A stretch of 64,000 nt of DNA, taken from the IMG/VR virus record IMGVR_UViG_3300044712_002452, positions 11,336 through 75,335 of that record; one strand, given 5' to 3'. The DNA comes from a virus. Taxonomy: Duplodnaviria; Heunggongvirae; Uroviricota; Caudoviricetes. Made by a program: the position numbers and the translations under genes. This document shows, one piece after another, positions 36,401-48,300 of the stretch (the first letter of the stretch is position 1; each line of letters opens with the position of its first letter). Below the pieces are notes generated by a model. That model made no database searches. It worked only from the letters and a program-made list of their open reading frames with translations, and had not been told where the DNA came from.

Positions 36401-39360
36401 CGTTGTTTCAGGAAGAGTTGGCTAAAATTGAAAGCGATGAAAACTACCATCAAAAAGCCAGTTTGTGGGAGCGATTTATCGATGCACTCGCCGAAATCTT
36501 CCGTTATTTAACCAAAGATGGAGTAGAAAACAGCGTGCTGGATGAAGTCTTTGGCCGGACCTATGCTCACTTTTTAGACATGGTTGATCAGGGCTATATG
36601 CCTTTTGATGAGTATCAAGCCATCATGAATCCGAGCGCATCGGCTACCGAAAACCCCAATAGCGGTCCAACTTTGGGATTGCCGGCGCCACAACCAATAC
36701 TTTTGTTACCCCCTTCTTCAACGGTTGTCGTAGATCCGGATGCGGAACAAAGAGCTAAATTGGCCGCTCGGGTAAATCGTCAAATCAAAGCCAATCTGAA
36801 AGCTTATCAACAAGCGTATACGTTGATTCACAGCGGTGCTTCGATTGATGAAATGCGGGCATTGATTCAAAAGATATCCAAGAATACATCCATTTCTAAA
36901 ACAGCGCGTCAGCATTTGATCGCGTATTTGGACAATGCAATTGCTCAGGAAGAATTTCGTCAGGAACAACAGCGTTTTTTTGAAGCTCAAAAAGAAGCAG
37001 AACGGTTAAAAAAAGAAGCCGATCGAAAAGAAAAAGCGAAAGCTCGTGCCGAACAGACTAAACGGGCCAATGATGCCCGTAACATCCAAGCCTTTTTTGA
37101 AAGTAAAAAAGGTACAGCTCCTTTCATTAAAACCTATAACAGCAAAAGTGGGCAAGCGATTTATTTGTTTACCAACACCAGCAGCGGGATTCCAATGGTA
37201 ATGCGTTGGGATCGTAAACGCAAGACTATGGTGCCGGCAACTGAGATCACTCAAATTGAGTGGTTAGCGGTTCGCTATCATTTAGGTAATAATGCGGGGG
37301 GTCTCATGAAAGCCCTGATAGATGATAAGTTTTTTGGGAATGACCAGGCTCGCTATGATGAATTTATGAAATACCTGACGGAAGCCTTTTCCAAAGGAGA
37401 TAAAGCGGTATTGGACGATGTGCTGAAAAATATCCAAGCTGCCGGTTTGTTCGACGTTTTTAGAAATAAATTGGGTCAATTAGAACCCCAGCTTCAAAAC
37501 TTACCTGAAATTCAAAAAGCCATTCGGGATTCTTTTGAAGACTTTTTTAAAAATGAAGTGGCTGAGCAAATGCGGGCCAGTAAAAAGAAAACGGTATCCG
37601 CACCGGTCATTCCGCAGCAAATTACCACCGGCGGGGCGTTAGGTACCCTGTATGTAGATATTCCCCGTGATGAATCCCGGACATTCCGAAACGACCACTC
37701 TATGCGCAGTTTTGCCGTAGATACAATTACCGCGCACGATGATGAAGAAATAGTGGATGCTAATGGTGAAGTAAAGACCGTGCATACGCGTCAGATTGGA
37801 GAAACGGAGCACTTTAAACAATACTATCACAAAATCCGGGCTATTATCAATGCGCTTTCAGGGTATGATCCGCAGGCGGTATCTTATGAAGATCGTCTAT
37901 TTGTAAAGTATGTGCCGGATGAAAATCGTTATCGTACCGACGGAAGTAGTGTAGAAAATGTGCTTTTTGGGGATAGTCGGGGTGAAAGCGGCCTGATTGG
38001 TATTGTGGTTGATTTCATGGGAAATCCGATTTTATTTGATGAAAAAGGAAATCGTTTAAAATCGCTTTCTGATGGGTTTACCCAAGCTGATACTGCCGGC
38101 GGCCAAATCATTTATTTCAATGTGCACCGGATATTCAAACCGATGAAAGATAATCCGGGTAAACTCTTTATTCCTTCCTATGACGGTTATATTCAATCGG
38201 AAGCCGATGAGCTATTGATTGAACTGAACAACGTAAAAATGGGGATTACGCCACGGTTATTCAGCGTTAATAAAGTCAGTCGTGGGTACAATGCTGAATT
38301 TAATATCGGAGCCGATAAGAAGGTGAATATGCAAACCAGCAATTCCCCTGAAATGATGCCTGAAGTAATTGACGCGGTGCAAAATAAAGGATTGCGTTTT
38401 AGAGTAGAAACCGATGGTAAAAAGAATACAAAATATTATTTGGAAACCGTAAACGATCAAGGTGAAGTGGTGTTTCGGACCCAGGTATTTATTAGCAACA
38501 GTTATCAAAGTGTGGGATTAAATACTTTGGTGGGTAAGAGTTTACCTGAACATTACCTGGATGTATTGCGGGTGTTTCATGAAACTTTGAACCGCAGTAA
38601 ACAACATCCTTTTACCAAAGCCGAACTCGAAGATTTGCGTGACTTTTTCAATAATTTGTTTGCTCATACCAATCCGGGAGAAGCTTTTTTCAGTATTGGT
38701 AAGCCTATACACGAAAGTGATTCTAAGTATACCAAGCGGTTTTTTACCGATGGGTTTGCTATTGATCGCAGTACCTTAAAAGCCATTGAAAATAAACTTG
38801 GAAAAAATGCTTCCCGAGATGAATGGGTTCAGGCTTTGGCGCTTCATTTTGAGAACAACAAAGAAGTTTCGCAGATTTTTGTGTGGGATAATACGGTTAA
38901 AGGATTTGTACCCAATCAAGCTACCCTTGAAGGGGTATCAAAAATTAAAGTCTTGGATCCGGCCACCGGTAATTTGATTACTCGTCAACCGACAGTATGG
39001 GAGAACTTTGAACGGAATTTTAAAAGAGTGGCCCGGGCACCTATCGTTAGCAAAAAAGTAATCAGTCAGGGAAAGATTAATTTTCCTACGATTATAAAAA
39101 CAACGCTTCCCGATGGTAGTACGGTAGAAAGTATTAAATTTGTTAGTAGGAGTCTGACTGAATTTTTAGTAATAGACAACGGTGTTCAAACAGCTATCAA
39201 AAAATTCCCGGATCCCAAAGCTCCCTTTTATCACTCTATTATTGAGTTTGAATCCCAAAAGAAACCCGGTGTTACCCAAACCGTTGCTGGACGTGCGCAT
39301 CACAAAGGAAATCGTAACCGCGTAGTCGTTCAAAACAAACCGATCGACAAAGATTGCTAA
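30451..39360 (+). CDS. Giant virion-ejected protein (RNAP-associated) with zincin metallopeptidase motif
   Basis: 2969 aa. HELLH at 36202-36216 with downstream 'HEFVIEALTNPLFQEEL' and 'SLWERFIDALAEIF'. Confidence 0.7.
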   Translation: MENYNSLVPQDLNVTYDQPQLDAPNVSFDVGDSRTYADMMNAENPVSPGSGIAAGGNDSFAQAMGQFIDAPASIQTRLEPIRFDWEKSGIERYQNSDYYDTLGFDLTRDNETLYGRMQTVGDTLQQGFGQMGELAWNGFVDGWKGWGRLAAAVTNADMSRLMGTPAELEALEKETQRIMNKYAIFETPESKDSLFTKQFMGNMLGQSGFALGAIAQWASEELLTFGASTAFSSAKLGLKLGQFANMTRKLGRAYEMPEVLNDFRKLFEIGHMPGAMKTAMQGLGKVAEYAPVVGGLVKAGKDFKRMKEAGATGIELANLSLGALRRTFTETNMAMAEARMEAASTYVQMKEDMTARAEAIWGDNIPLDEFTKIERYAERAALENFKVNAVVIATMNRIEFGNVMNKFGSRLRIKQEFLNDALQTRRVKGSLKSDMLDSAGKVVKKAGSQTDMLFKADGVMGQFGSIGQIAKTFGKQKAAWEATKMVGGSLMKWEGTEGLQELIQSGSNEAITDYYRSLYDPYLFADRGESIERAVASQNPLTHSEALKTFIMGAGTGRLLSPINMGMSAAAKYAKTTKEQRADAAKQLDTAINEMNVTLNDPASFFNDWVKGVRIQDQAAKNMEEALANNDKYTFHNNRDSAFAQMVMNAKALGRLDMLKDVIGTYGETMDAATFKDAFGVELNDQNRDALKSFTGNIIKDMDAYVKRYDELMEKYRFYFDPEAYGDEDKEDVKLARMALNEAIGWMATTDALKDKKLERAREIMESSAQMKSFSKVSVHAFKVLGDDIAYEAEMDHLKKEIKSLREVQSPDPETKKQLAEKEKELELLSNMFSYQESMDSDGSTVNKGGITAESVALMNARKELNDAELALYEYDKQTKNANTFDGLLFSAVRTNMVARIDKAREKVKAAGEKRNGSKKNIDNAKKKRSIYEDNISKEALRQYLALKNKEYGETQEALEEELDGILYNLRDYARLNRDAKDATNNLNMMANPLKFGHVAARIKSGLTGVYQSQIKRMAIINSIDGIINLVQTDLEIANNPEIDRLYTAFEQAQLATLGKSKDVFAEDAMFEAADKLIQAVNAFVAVREQKKKEAEEAAKAAAAAGDAGTGAGAGASPTGTGSGSGSGSGSASIYTPAEQILVDNYFKFETSAKTDPILSVSDIVKAFMEQAVLKKAVHEANPKDDALKEDYLKHIAQVSEITTQAIKAYHDAKKAALLKAMKIESIYAPKFVDFWNETVGELETQIELAVTEMRQAALSGTALPSVAKTLALLKALEKRVLDQLVDIKNPQEVTDVKDELKAYLDQVETILQHYADDYLNTDRHVQQLLLIINQPGFTTDQITAYVNAHVDEALVDTVLDKVLAELLRLQNENGNLSVFGSSVELVEQFMLELKGVLAKQLSTYQAKISKFDEAAKELREKIAPSITKIVLFDEFATDVHRSVEAANRSTPFSADQVAAIQNLWRAGLLTNDEANLDEDGNMIDNLSYVTASGIINMGVGRLLAVKMSYFINQHKAGVKLSSVEQDDFEKTLVDVIAYNSGMHVGVKGADKKLVSKKDFYETEFNEALQSLEAGDYDFFYTMYAVPEETDISIGKLMYQGLNEIYDNYFKLADAKTVLELNALLESPETRRVFAENDNATGTLNVLQNRILALVYRFTEAYKTHKIPKPEALEALKDQIDEVIIAIETDIREGKLAGASKTQLNKLVRDRISALINTIGQTGGTKYNTVIDSANTVIMSAVLFFNSLNLEALRLDPEYQVLGQDTSEAQSFLRDHRDQMGGVAAEPLPVMMRKAPVYTDSFLIGNVRDERDTRTAAELQAEIFGSLQSGQVVDFSEIIRALRRSPFTTGLERKLMSTLANIPNFPIRVIFSGTDRNSFEAEYPSIKNDVPKITLNLEELTGPVSTGVGASPNTVIFHELLHGVLWAVLENKNAPYTQRMESLMKLVQKSIPNPQRFYSLSDVSNFGEEANRVHEFVIEALTNPLFQEELAKIESDENYHQKASLWERFIDALAEIFRYLTKDGVENSVLDEVFGRTYAHFLDMVDQGYMPFDEYQAIMNPSASATENPNSGPTLGLPAPQPILLLPPSSTVVVDPDAEQRAKLAARVNRQIKANLKAYQQAYTLIHSGASIDEMRALIQKISKNTSISKTARQHLIAYLDNAIAQEEFRQEQQRFFEAQKEAERLKKEADRKEKAKARAEQTKRANDARNIQAFFESKKGTAPFIKTYNSKSGQAIYLFTNTSSGIPMVMRWDRKRKTMVPATEITQIEWLAVRYHLGNNAGGLMKALIDDKFFGNDQARYDEFMKYLTEAFSKGDKAVLDDVLKNIQAAGLFDVFRNKLGQLEPQLQNLPEIQKAIRDSFEDFFKNEVAEQMRASKKKTVSAPVIPQQITTGGALGTLYVDIPRDESRTFRNDHSMRSFAVDTITAHDDEEIVDANGEVKTVHTRQIGETEHFKQYYHKIRAIINALSGYDPQAVSYEDRLFVKYVPDENRYRTDGSSVENVLFGDSRGESGLIGIVVDFMGNPILFDEKGNRLKSLSDGFTQADTAGGQIIYFNVHRIFKPMKDNPGKLFIPSYDGYIQSEADELLIELNNVKMGITPRLFSVNKVSRGYNAEFNIGADKKVNMQTSNSPEMMPEVIDAVQNKGLRFRVETDGKKNTKYYLETVNDQGEVVFRTQVFISNSYQSVGLNTLVGKSLPEHYLDVLRVFHETLNRSKQHPFTKAELEDLRDFFNNLFAHTNPGEAFFSIGKPIHESDSKYTKRFFTDGFAIDRSTLKAIENKLGKNASRDEWVQALALHFENNKEVSQIFVWDNTVKGFVPNQATLEGVSKIKVLDPATGNLITRQPTVWENFERNFKRVARAPIVSKKVISQGKINFPTIIKTTLPDGSTVESIKFVSRSLTEFLVIDNGVQTAIKKFPDPKAPFYHSIIEFESQKKPGVTQTVAGRAHHKGNRNRVVVQNKPIDKDC

Positions 39361-39386
39361 TAATTTTTATTTAATCCAATACCGCT

Positions 39387-42300
39387 ATGTCTGTTTGTAA
39401 GCTTGTTATTGATGATATGCACTTGCCCTTGCTTATGGGTAAAATGGAGTTTTTTGTAATCAAAGCCATTGAAAACAATACGGAGTTGATGACTATGTTT
39501 CAAAACAAAGATAGTCAGCTCTTCAGCCGGTTGTATGGTGCCGCTTATGAAGAACTCTTGAAAAAAGCGGAAATGTATCGTCAGGGAATAGAAGCTAACC
39601 GAGCGGCCATTGAACCTGAACCTGGAGAAGATGTCGACTTGTCGGAGCGAGCGCGAATTATTGAAGACAATGCCGCTTACCAATCGTATATCGATCACGA
39701 TCAGGCTATTCTTTCCAATTTGGAAGATTTAATTGAAAGTTACTTTCCTTTATTTGAAACCTATATCAAGCAAACCGATTTGTTCGGTAAAGTAAAAGTA
39801 GATGACCGGGAAGTAGAAGATGATTCTATTCGGATGTCATTTGAACAAACCGCTTCCGATTTGAATAACTTGGATGATGTAAGTACACTGATCCAGTTTT
39901 TGGTTCGGGGGCTACAAAAAGCGGTGTTCCAAAAAGAGTTTGCTGGTACCGATGAAGCTTTTATGTATGCCGAAGATGAGTATGGTACGACCGTAAACGT
40001 GGATTACGCCATGTTTATGCGTAAAATGTTGAACGATTTGGAAGGGCTTAAAACGTCCGAAGATATGATGGATAAGCTCAAGCAACTGGCCATTAGCGAT
40101 TTTGGCTATAAAATGTTGCTTGAACGTATAGACGCTGTAGCTGTTACCGATTCATTGAAGTTTGATTTGTTGGTAGCTTTGATGCAGACCGCTTCTAAAG
40201 CTATTTTACCGGTGTACACCGTTTCAACGGATGGTCCGACTTGGACGGTATATGAAAATTCAACAGGTAAAGAAATCCAGTTGACGATGCTGGCACGGGA
40301 AAACTTTGCTCGTCATGGTATAATTTTTAAAGGTGAACAATTAGCCAGTCAAGATGAAAATGGTCGGTTTTACTTAGATGCTAATAGTCCATTTGCTCAA
40401 AAGAAAAAAATAGCATTATCAACAATTCAAGACCAAATTGATTTTTTGGCGGCTTTAGGTTTTCCTTTGGCTGAGTCTACCCGTAAAGCCATATTAAAAA
40501 GTCCGGAACTTATTGGGATATTACCTAATAGTACAAATAGAAATTACTCCGCTTTATCGCATATTTTATACAGTATAGATCAGCGTATTCAAAGCGGATA
40601 CACCCTTTTTGATCCATTTGTAGAATTACAAAAATCGGTGCGTGGGGGTATTACCCAAAATCAAATCATCAACCACGTTGTCAAAGACATCAACCTGGTA
40701 TTAACCGCTGAAACTCGGTATAGTGATAAGTATAGTGCCATCCGGGTTGTAAAAAACGCCAATCAAGATGCCATCAACACTCAGCAGTTATACAACAACT
40801 ACACTCTGATTGCCACGGCCATCAACCAAGTGGATAAATATCCCACTTTACAAGACTTGTTAGAAGGCGAGCCGGCTTTGTTTTATTTAGATCCGCGGAC
40901 TACCCCCAGCGCTCGAAACAGTGTATTTCTGAATACAATGTTTGAAATGGATCCCGATAGTTCCACATTCGGGCGCCGCAAGCGGGATCGGTCTACCAAT
41001 CTTCCGGTCAAGTTGGAAGTGGTAAACTTTAACAGCTTGAAAGTGCGCAGCGATGAAAACGATAAAGCCACCGATTTGAATCCCATCGACAAAATAGCCA
41101 TGGATTTCAACGGCTTTTTCCGTAAAGGATTAAAAGAAACCCCGCGTCCGGGCGATAAAAGCACCGTAGTAGCGATGAAAGTATCCAGCTACGGGCACAC
41201 GGATTTGGATTTACAAAAGCAAGATTACCCGCTCAGTTTAGAAAATAGAAACGACCGAAAGCCGTTTTTAAACATCATGTATGGGTATTTTGAAGACGTG
41301 ATGATGCATAAATACTTACATCAGCGGGGATTCTATGCAAAGTGGAAGAATTCGGATAAACACCTGGAAAACGGATTTGGTATGTACGATAGTATTCTAT
41401 CGTTCAATCCCGCCATCGGTGACCAGCTCAAAGCTGAAATCATGGCTCAACTGGCGGCGGCTCAAAACCAAGAGCAAGCCCGTGATATCATCCAGGCTTT
41501 TTGGAATAAATATGAAACCGCACTGGGTACACTTATAGAGAATTTCTTTACTCAAAGAGCCCAAAAGATGCTTCGGATCGTTGAACTCAACCGTAATCCG
41601 CGCATTCAGTACAAAGACTTGTTCAATACGGCTCATATCCGAAATGAACTGGATTCTCATTTTTTTGACATGGAAGACCCGCTGGAACGCGAAGCCGCCA
41701 TGACTTTCTACTTGAAAAATGCATTCATATTAAATACGGAAGTTTTTAAACTTGTTCACGGGGATACGTTTTATTTTGTCGATACCCACAAACGTCTTAG
41801 TAAAGATACAGCCACGGGGCACTTTACCTTTATGGATGAAGGGTTGATGGGAATGCTCAATAATTATGATGCTTCCGGCAGTAAAAACAGCTATGGCGCC
41901 TATACTAACTACGGGCAAATTTTGTATTGGGCTGAATTGTTTGAGCGGGGAGATATTGATGAAGAAACCTATGAGCGCAAAATAGAAGAAAGTAAAATCA
42001 AGCCTACGTTTCGGAGTGCGGTTATTCAGGAAGTCAAGTTCAAGAGCGTCTATCACCAAAAAATGAAAGATGAAATTGAAGCCTTGCGTGAAAACGGGCA
42101 ATTATCGGATGAAGAATACCGGGTGTATAAAGCTTCTCTGGAAGCCCAAATAGACAACAGCTATGGAGATAAAGGTAACAAAGAAGCGGATGGGCAGGGC
42201 GTAGCCACGCTTGATTTTTATCGTACCATGTCTTTACTCACCAATACTTGGTCACCCAAACAAGAAGAAACCTACAAAAAAATTACGGAGTGGAATAGCT

Positions 42301-45300
42301 TAGAACGTAAACTCAAATCCAGGGCATCTTATACGGATGATAGTATGACCACTTTAAACGCTGATGGTCAAGCCGCTTTGCGTTTACGGGATCAGATTCA
42401 ATTTAGCCGGGAAGAAATGGGGTATTTCCCGTTGCGGAAGTTCCAGTACGCCGGTCCGACTCGACACGAACAAAGCGTCAATGGAGAAACCGTTGCCGTC
42501 GCTGTACCCATATTTGACAAGTTTTCACTGAGACCTTTGTTGCCTTCTGTATTTGGGGTAGGTGATCCGACCGACCAGTACTTGTGGGAGCGAATGATGC
42601 ATCATAATATTTCGTATGTCAAGTTTGAAAGTGCAACTAAGGTGGAGTCTCCCAAAGTAACGGATACGCTTTACCTTAATTTTGATGCTGAAAACCCCAG
42701 CGTTCGTAATCCGGTATCGGTTAATTACGCCGGCGGCTTTGAAGTCGAAAACGGTGGATTTGTAACCACGCATGAACTGTTCTTTGATCGCTTCAAAGAA
42801 CAGGTAAGCATTGAAGAAGATCCCCACGGCAGTGTGATTTTTGGTTCACAGGCCCGGAAGCTTTTTATGATGAATTTGCTGGGTGTAGATGAAAGCAATC
42901 CGCTTTATGAAAACTTGATTACCCAGTATCGGGGCTTGCTGGATGATTTGATTACCCTACGCCGCAATGAGATTATTCAAAATATGGGGGGCCGCTACGA
43001 TCAAGCTACCCAAACTTATAGTATCGTCAATCCGGATACTTTTGCCGCTTTTGTACGCACGGAATTTGAAAAGAAAGGGGCGGATTCAACGATCATGGCA
43101 GCTTTAAAGCTCAACGATCGGGGAGAGTTGGTGTATGGTTTGGATGCCGTCAACCAAAGCAAAGCTATTGAAAAGTTGATCCTCAGCATTATGAACCGTC
43201 AAATGGTTCGCTACAAGATGAACGGTTCTATGCTTACCCAAATGGCATCGACCGGCACCGAGCGGGTGGGTGGATTTAACCGCAAGGCCACCGAAGCGGC
43301 TTATGAAAAATATGGTACCAACGGGTTGCGCTTTTACGGATTGGAAAAAAAGGCTAATGGAAGGTTTACGGTCCGCAGTGCGGAAGTAAAAATATCCATG
43401 AACAAGAATTTTTCACCTTTACTGAACTTGGAAGACCCGGAAAGACCCGGTGTTGCCGTAGGTACGGTAGAAAGACTTAACGAATTATTGCGAGCTGAAT
43501 CGGCTGAAGCCTTGGCGTTTCAGCAAGCCACGGAATCTGCTCGCCGGATGATCGCTTACCGGATTCCTACGGCCGGTCGGAACTTCTTGGACCATTTTGT
43601 GATCAAAGAATTTTTGCCGGAAGAAGCGGGTGACGTGATTATTCTACCCAGCGAAATCGTTATCAAGTCGGGATCTGACTACGATATCGATAAAATGTTT
43701 GCGTTTTATCCCAATTTGGATTATAGCGGTGAGCGTATCGATACAGACTACACATCTTCTGATATTTATTCTGTACTGGCCGAGCTGCAGACGCTTAAAG
43801 ATACCCGTGCCGAAATCAACGAAAGCATTGAAGCGCTCAAGACGGATTCAGTTTATCAAACCGCTTTGAGTGAAGGATCCCGATTGGAAACTTTGCTGGC
43901 TGAGTATCGCAACAGCCGAAAACTGTTATATGCACAGGCTGAAAAGCTGAAATCAGAAGGGCGGGTGCGCTCCGCAGCATATGAAGACCTGGTGGAACAA
44001 ATTAAATTGTTGGACGGAAGAATATCAGCTACCGATGAATCCCGCCGGAACTATCTGGAAACCAAATACCTTAAAGAGCGAGGTCTTTCTCGACGCCGCA
44101 GCATTCGTGATATTCGGGAACAGCGTTTTACCAACGATAAATATGATATTTATTTTGAAGATGAAACCGTAACTGGTTCAAATTCAGTCGCTCCGACGGT
44201 AAAATGGAACCGGGTGATTTTTGATGTGCGCAAGAATCAACGATTGGAACCTTTCACAGCTGATGGGAAAAAAAACGGTGTATACACCCGTGCGCTGAAT
44301 GCTTATATCGCTCAGTATGATTTTACCTATCATAACTTGATCGATGATTTTTATATTCCTTATGCGTTAGAACGCAGTAATAATCCGGCGCAGCTTGCTT
44401 ATTTAATCCGCAAGCACGAAAAAAATCAAGATTACGCTGAAGTCATTGAAAAGGCAAAAGCCCGTTTTGAATCGGTAACCGGCTTTGAGCCGACGGCTAA
44501 TACACTCAAAATTGCGGCCGCTCAGTATCCGATCGCCGTAGAAAATGATAAACTGGTCTTTACTCAAAACGATTCATACTACGAACGTAAAAGTAAAATT
44601 CGGGCCAAAGAGCGGTATCTCAAACAACTGGAACAGAAAGCGCAAAACCGGCTGCTGGATGTCGTGCATGAAACCCTGGCATTAGGGGAGAACTTTTTAC
44701 AAACCGTTACGCCGTCTTCGGATTTTCATATTGATCCGATTGTGGATGATTTGTTTCAGCGCTTGGGCATTTTAAAACCGGGCGAAAAGCGGGGTAAGAA
44801 ACACTACAACAATACCGAAGCGTTGATGGAGCAAGAGAACTTGGAGAAGATGATCTCGCTGATGCGCGCTAAAGAAAACTTGGGTATTGCCGCGGTGTAT
44901 AATGCCTTTAATATATTGCTGCAGGACAGCCAAGCGATGAGCAATCCTGAATTTTTGCGCAAAAATAAAATCGGGTCATTTTTCACTTTGGATAACCCAA
45001 GCAAGGGGTTACGCTATGAAAAAGAAGCCGGTTACTATGTCACCGAAATCGCTTATGGTGGGCTTTACGATGAAAAAGGGGTATTCAAAAGTGAGTTTTA
45101 TACCGAGTTTATCAACGCTTTTGTGGATGCGGCCAATAACGACTACGCCTTTGCTATCAACTTGGTAAAAGAGTTTGCTCCGATTGCTTTTTATATGAAA
45201 GCCCAAGGGTTGAGCAGTGAAAAAATCCTGTATTTTATCAACCAGCCTGTGATGCGCACCTATGTAAAACACTTGCGCAAGCACACAGCTTTGGTGAATA

Positions 45301-48300
45301 AGACCTTGGCGCCGGTGTATCTACCGCGTAATCACCGGCCAGGATTGGGTGACGAAGAATCTACACCCATTGTACATTTGGTTTTATCGGAAAGTGAGCG
45401 ACAGCAAAATGACTATTATCGGGAAGGGGATGAAAACCGAAAGTACAAAATGACGGATAGCGCCCGTGATTTAGCCATTCGGGATACGCTGGCTGAGATG
45501 AATCAGTACGGTGAGTATCTGGAATTTGACTGGACCAAATCAATTTCAAGGGGTGAATTTTTCAATCGACTCAAAGGATTCGGTTTGTTGCCTTTGGATT
45601 TAAAAAATCCGCGGTATAATGAAAAAACCAAGCAATGGGAGTATCCGGAATTAAGTCCTAAGAGTGCCGCTTCTATTAAACAGTTGCAACAAGTATTTAA
45701 AGAAGAAACCCTGCGGGAAGGGGTTTTAGCGGAAACCAACGGGGAACCGGTATTGCTGAGTACGCTTACTGCCAAAATGCAGAATAGACAGTTACTCTAT
45801 CTTTTGGAATTTATGAACCAAAAGAAAGGTAGCGATAATATGACCGAGATTCAGCAAACCATGAATTTCGATACGAAAACCATGGCCAGCGGATACGATG
45901 TCAATGCCCGTATTCAGCGATATAAGGATTTACGCAATAATGCCGTTTTAAGTGCTGATACGATAGAATATCTCTGGTCAAAGTCGATTACTTCACCACT
46001 CAATAACAATGAGTTTGTGAATGCATTGCTGGAAAAGATATTCCCGTTGATGAACCATCCTACGCTCAATGATGAACTGCGGTTTCATTTGGACTCGGTT
46101 GTTTCGGAAAAACTCGTATTCGGAGATGATCAAAAGGAACGGTTCGCCCGGATATTCAAAGCTGATTTTGCAGGCTATGTCTTGCAAAACTATGTTGAAA
46201 AGAGTCCGGCGGCCATGGCTATGTTTAAAAGCTACTACCAAACGGAACTGGGTTTTAACGAATACCTCAAGTCGCTCATTGAAAACGGTACGCTCATGAA
46301 GCAACACCGGGAAATTCAAAACGATCCTCAGTTTTATGAGTTAGCAGAGACTTTTCCGATTCTCAATCAAATCTTCATGGATGGTGGTTTGACCAACACC
46401 GCCCTGTTTAATTTTGCCATTCCCAATTTCAGTAACAACGAACTGGAAAAGAAATCACTGGCCCTGCAGTTTTATCGCCTGACCGAGCTGGCTGATAACG
46501 ATCTTAATCCTTATCACGCTAAGGTTCGACAGTATATGCGCAACCTGGGGTTGTACGATATATTCCAGAGCGGGAAAAATTATTCGACGTACACCTATAT
46601 CGATATGGTGCCATCGGATTTAATTAACGTGCTCTACGATGAAGCGTTTCGCGCGCTTCAATCGGAGATGGCGGCCAGTCCTGACCAGAATGTTTTAGAA
46701 AACGCGGTTTCCGATTTTGCGCGGATGTTCTTTAAGAACAATCAAAACTATTTGCTCAAAGAAGAGCAGTATATCGCCGGCTCTCCGGTTAAAGACGAAA
46801 ACAAAAGGGGCAAGTGGTATCATGACAGCGCTTTGTTTGCAGGGGTTCAAATTCAATTGCCTGCATATCAGATGCGCCGAAAGCGACTGGCACGAGAAGA
46901 GCTGGCCATGGGTTCCAAAAATCGTAGAGCTATCGTCGAAGGGGTAAAAACGCTCACCATGCGTAATTATCGCTTGAACGCAGGCATGCTCTATGAACTT
47001 CAAGCGGATCCGTCGGATACCAATCGGGCAGTAGTAGACTTGGAGTATATGGGTCCGATTAGGTATTCAGATTTACAGGCCATGACGCCGGAGCAGCAAG
47101 ATATGTATGCTACCCAGGAAGGATTCGGATATGAAGTCTTGAAACCTCAGCTTGTAGGTGACTTGGTGATTCCGGTGGGAATATCGGGTTCGGGTCAGGA
47201 AGTCTGGATTGAACAGATACGTCGTGCTACACCCAATGTGAAAATACAGGTAGTATCGTTAGAAGCTATAGCTAAAAAAATTGATATTTCCGATCCGGTC
47301 CAAAAAGCCACTGAAATGATTCAGTTGGTTAATAATGCTGTATCTAATGCTTTAACCGTCGGTGAAAAAGTAATCGTCGATGCTACCAATTTAAACGAAG
47401 CTTATCGGGATGCCATTGTTAAAGCCGTTCAAGCTGAGTTTCCACAAAAGAAGATTTCCTATAAACTGTTTGAAGCTAATCCCAGTAAGTCGCGTCACCG
47501 GATGCAACAAGCCCAAAAACGTACAGGTGTCAAGCCAGTAAGTGATGCGGTACTGGCACAACAACTGAATCTGTATCAAAAGTTTGAAGCGCGGTTCAAG
47601 GCTGAAAAGTGGCAGGATGAAGATCAGTTGAACCAAGAACTCCGAACTCAGCAACAGGTGGGAAAACCCCGCCCGTATGAAGTGATGATAGAAGCGATTA
47701 TGAAAGGGGAAACCAAGTCTATCAAAAAAATTGACTTTATTGATAACAATGAGCCGATGCATTTATATGCTGTCAAGCTCTTGCGTACCGGAGAATATGC
47801 TTACGGTAAACGCTTTGTGTTACCGTCTAGACTTGAATACAATGGTCAGACCCGTGAAAACCAATTTGTTTCCAAAGACCAGAAAAAAGCCAATGTCGCT
47901 ACACACTTGATTTCTTTTGCTCCCGCGCCGGGGGAAGGTGAGCGTATATCTGCTTCGTTTGGCTATGCCCAAGCGGCCAAAGGCCAGGGTGTTCCGGTAA
48001 ATACGATGGCTTATGGAGAAAGCCAGATACCTTATGATCAGGATACTGTGGCCATGGTTACCATACGAGGTAAGGGTGCGGCTACCGAAGTGGAGAAAAA
48101 AGCCACTGAAATCGAAATGTTGAATGTATTACTGGCCGGTGGAACGATTGTGCAAGACGATAAAGAAGGTCGACAAACCGATTGGAATAAGACCGGTGAA
48201 TTTGAAGTAATGCGCGCAGTGGTAGACCGCTTGGCCCGGGCATACAGCATGCCTACGGGTGAGTTTTTTAGCAAAGGATTGGAATACAGCGAGCATCAGC

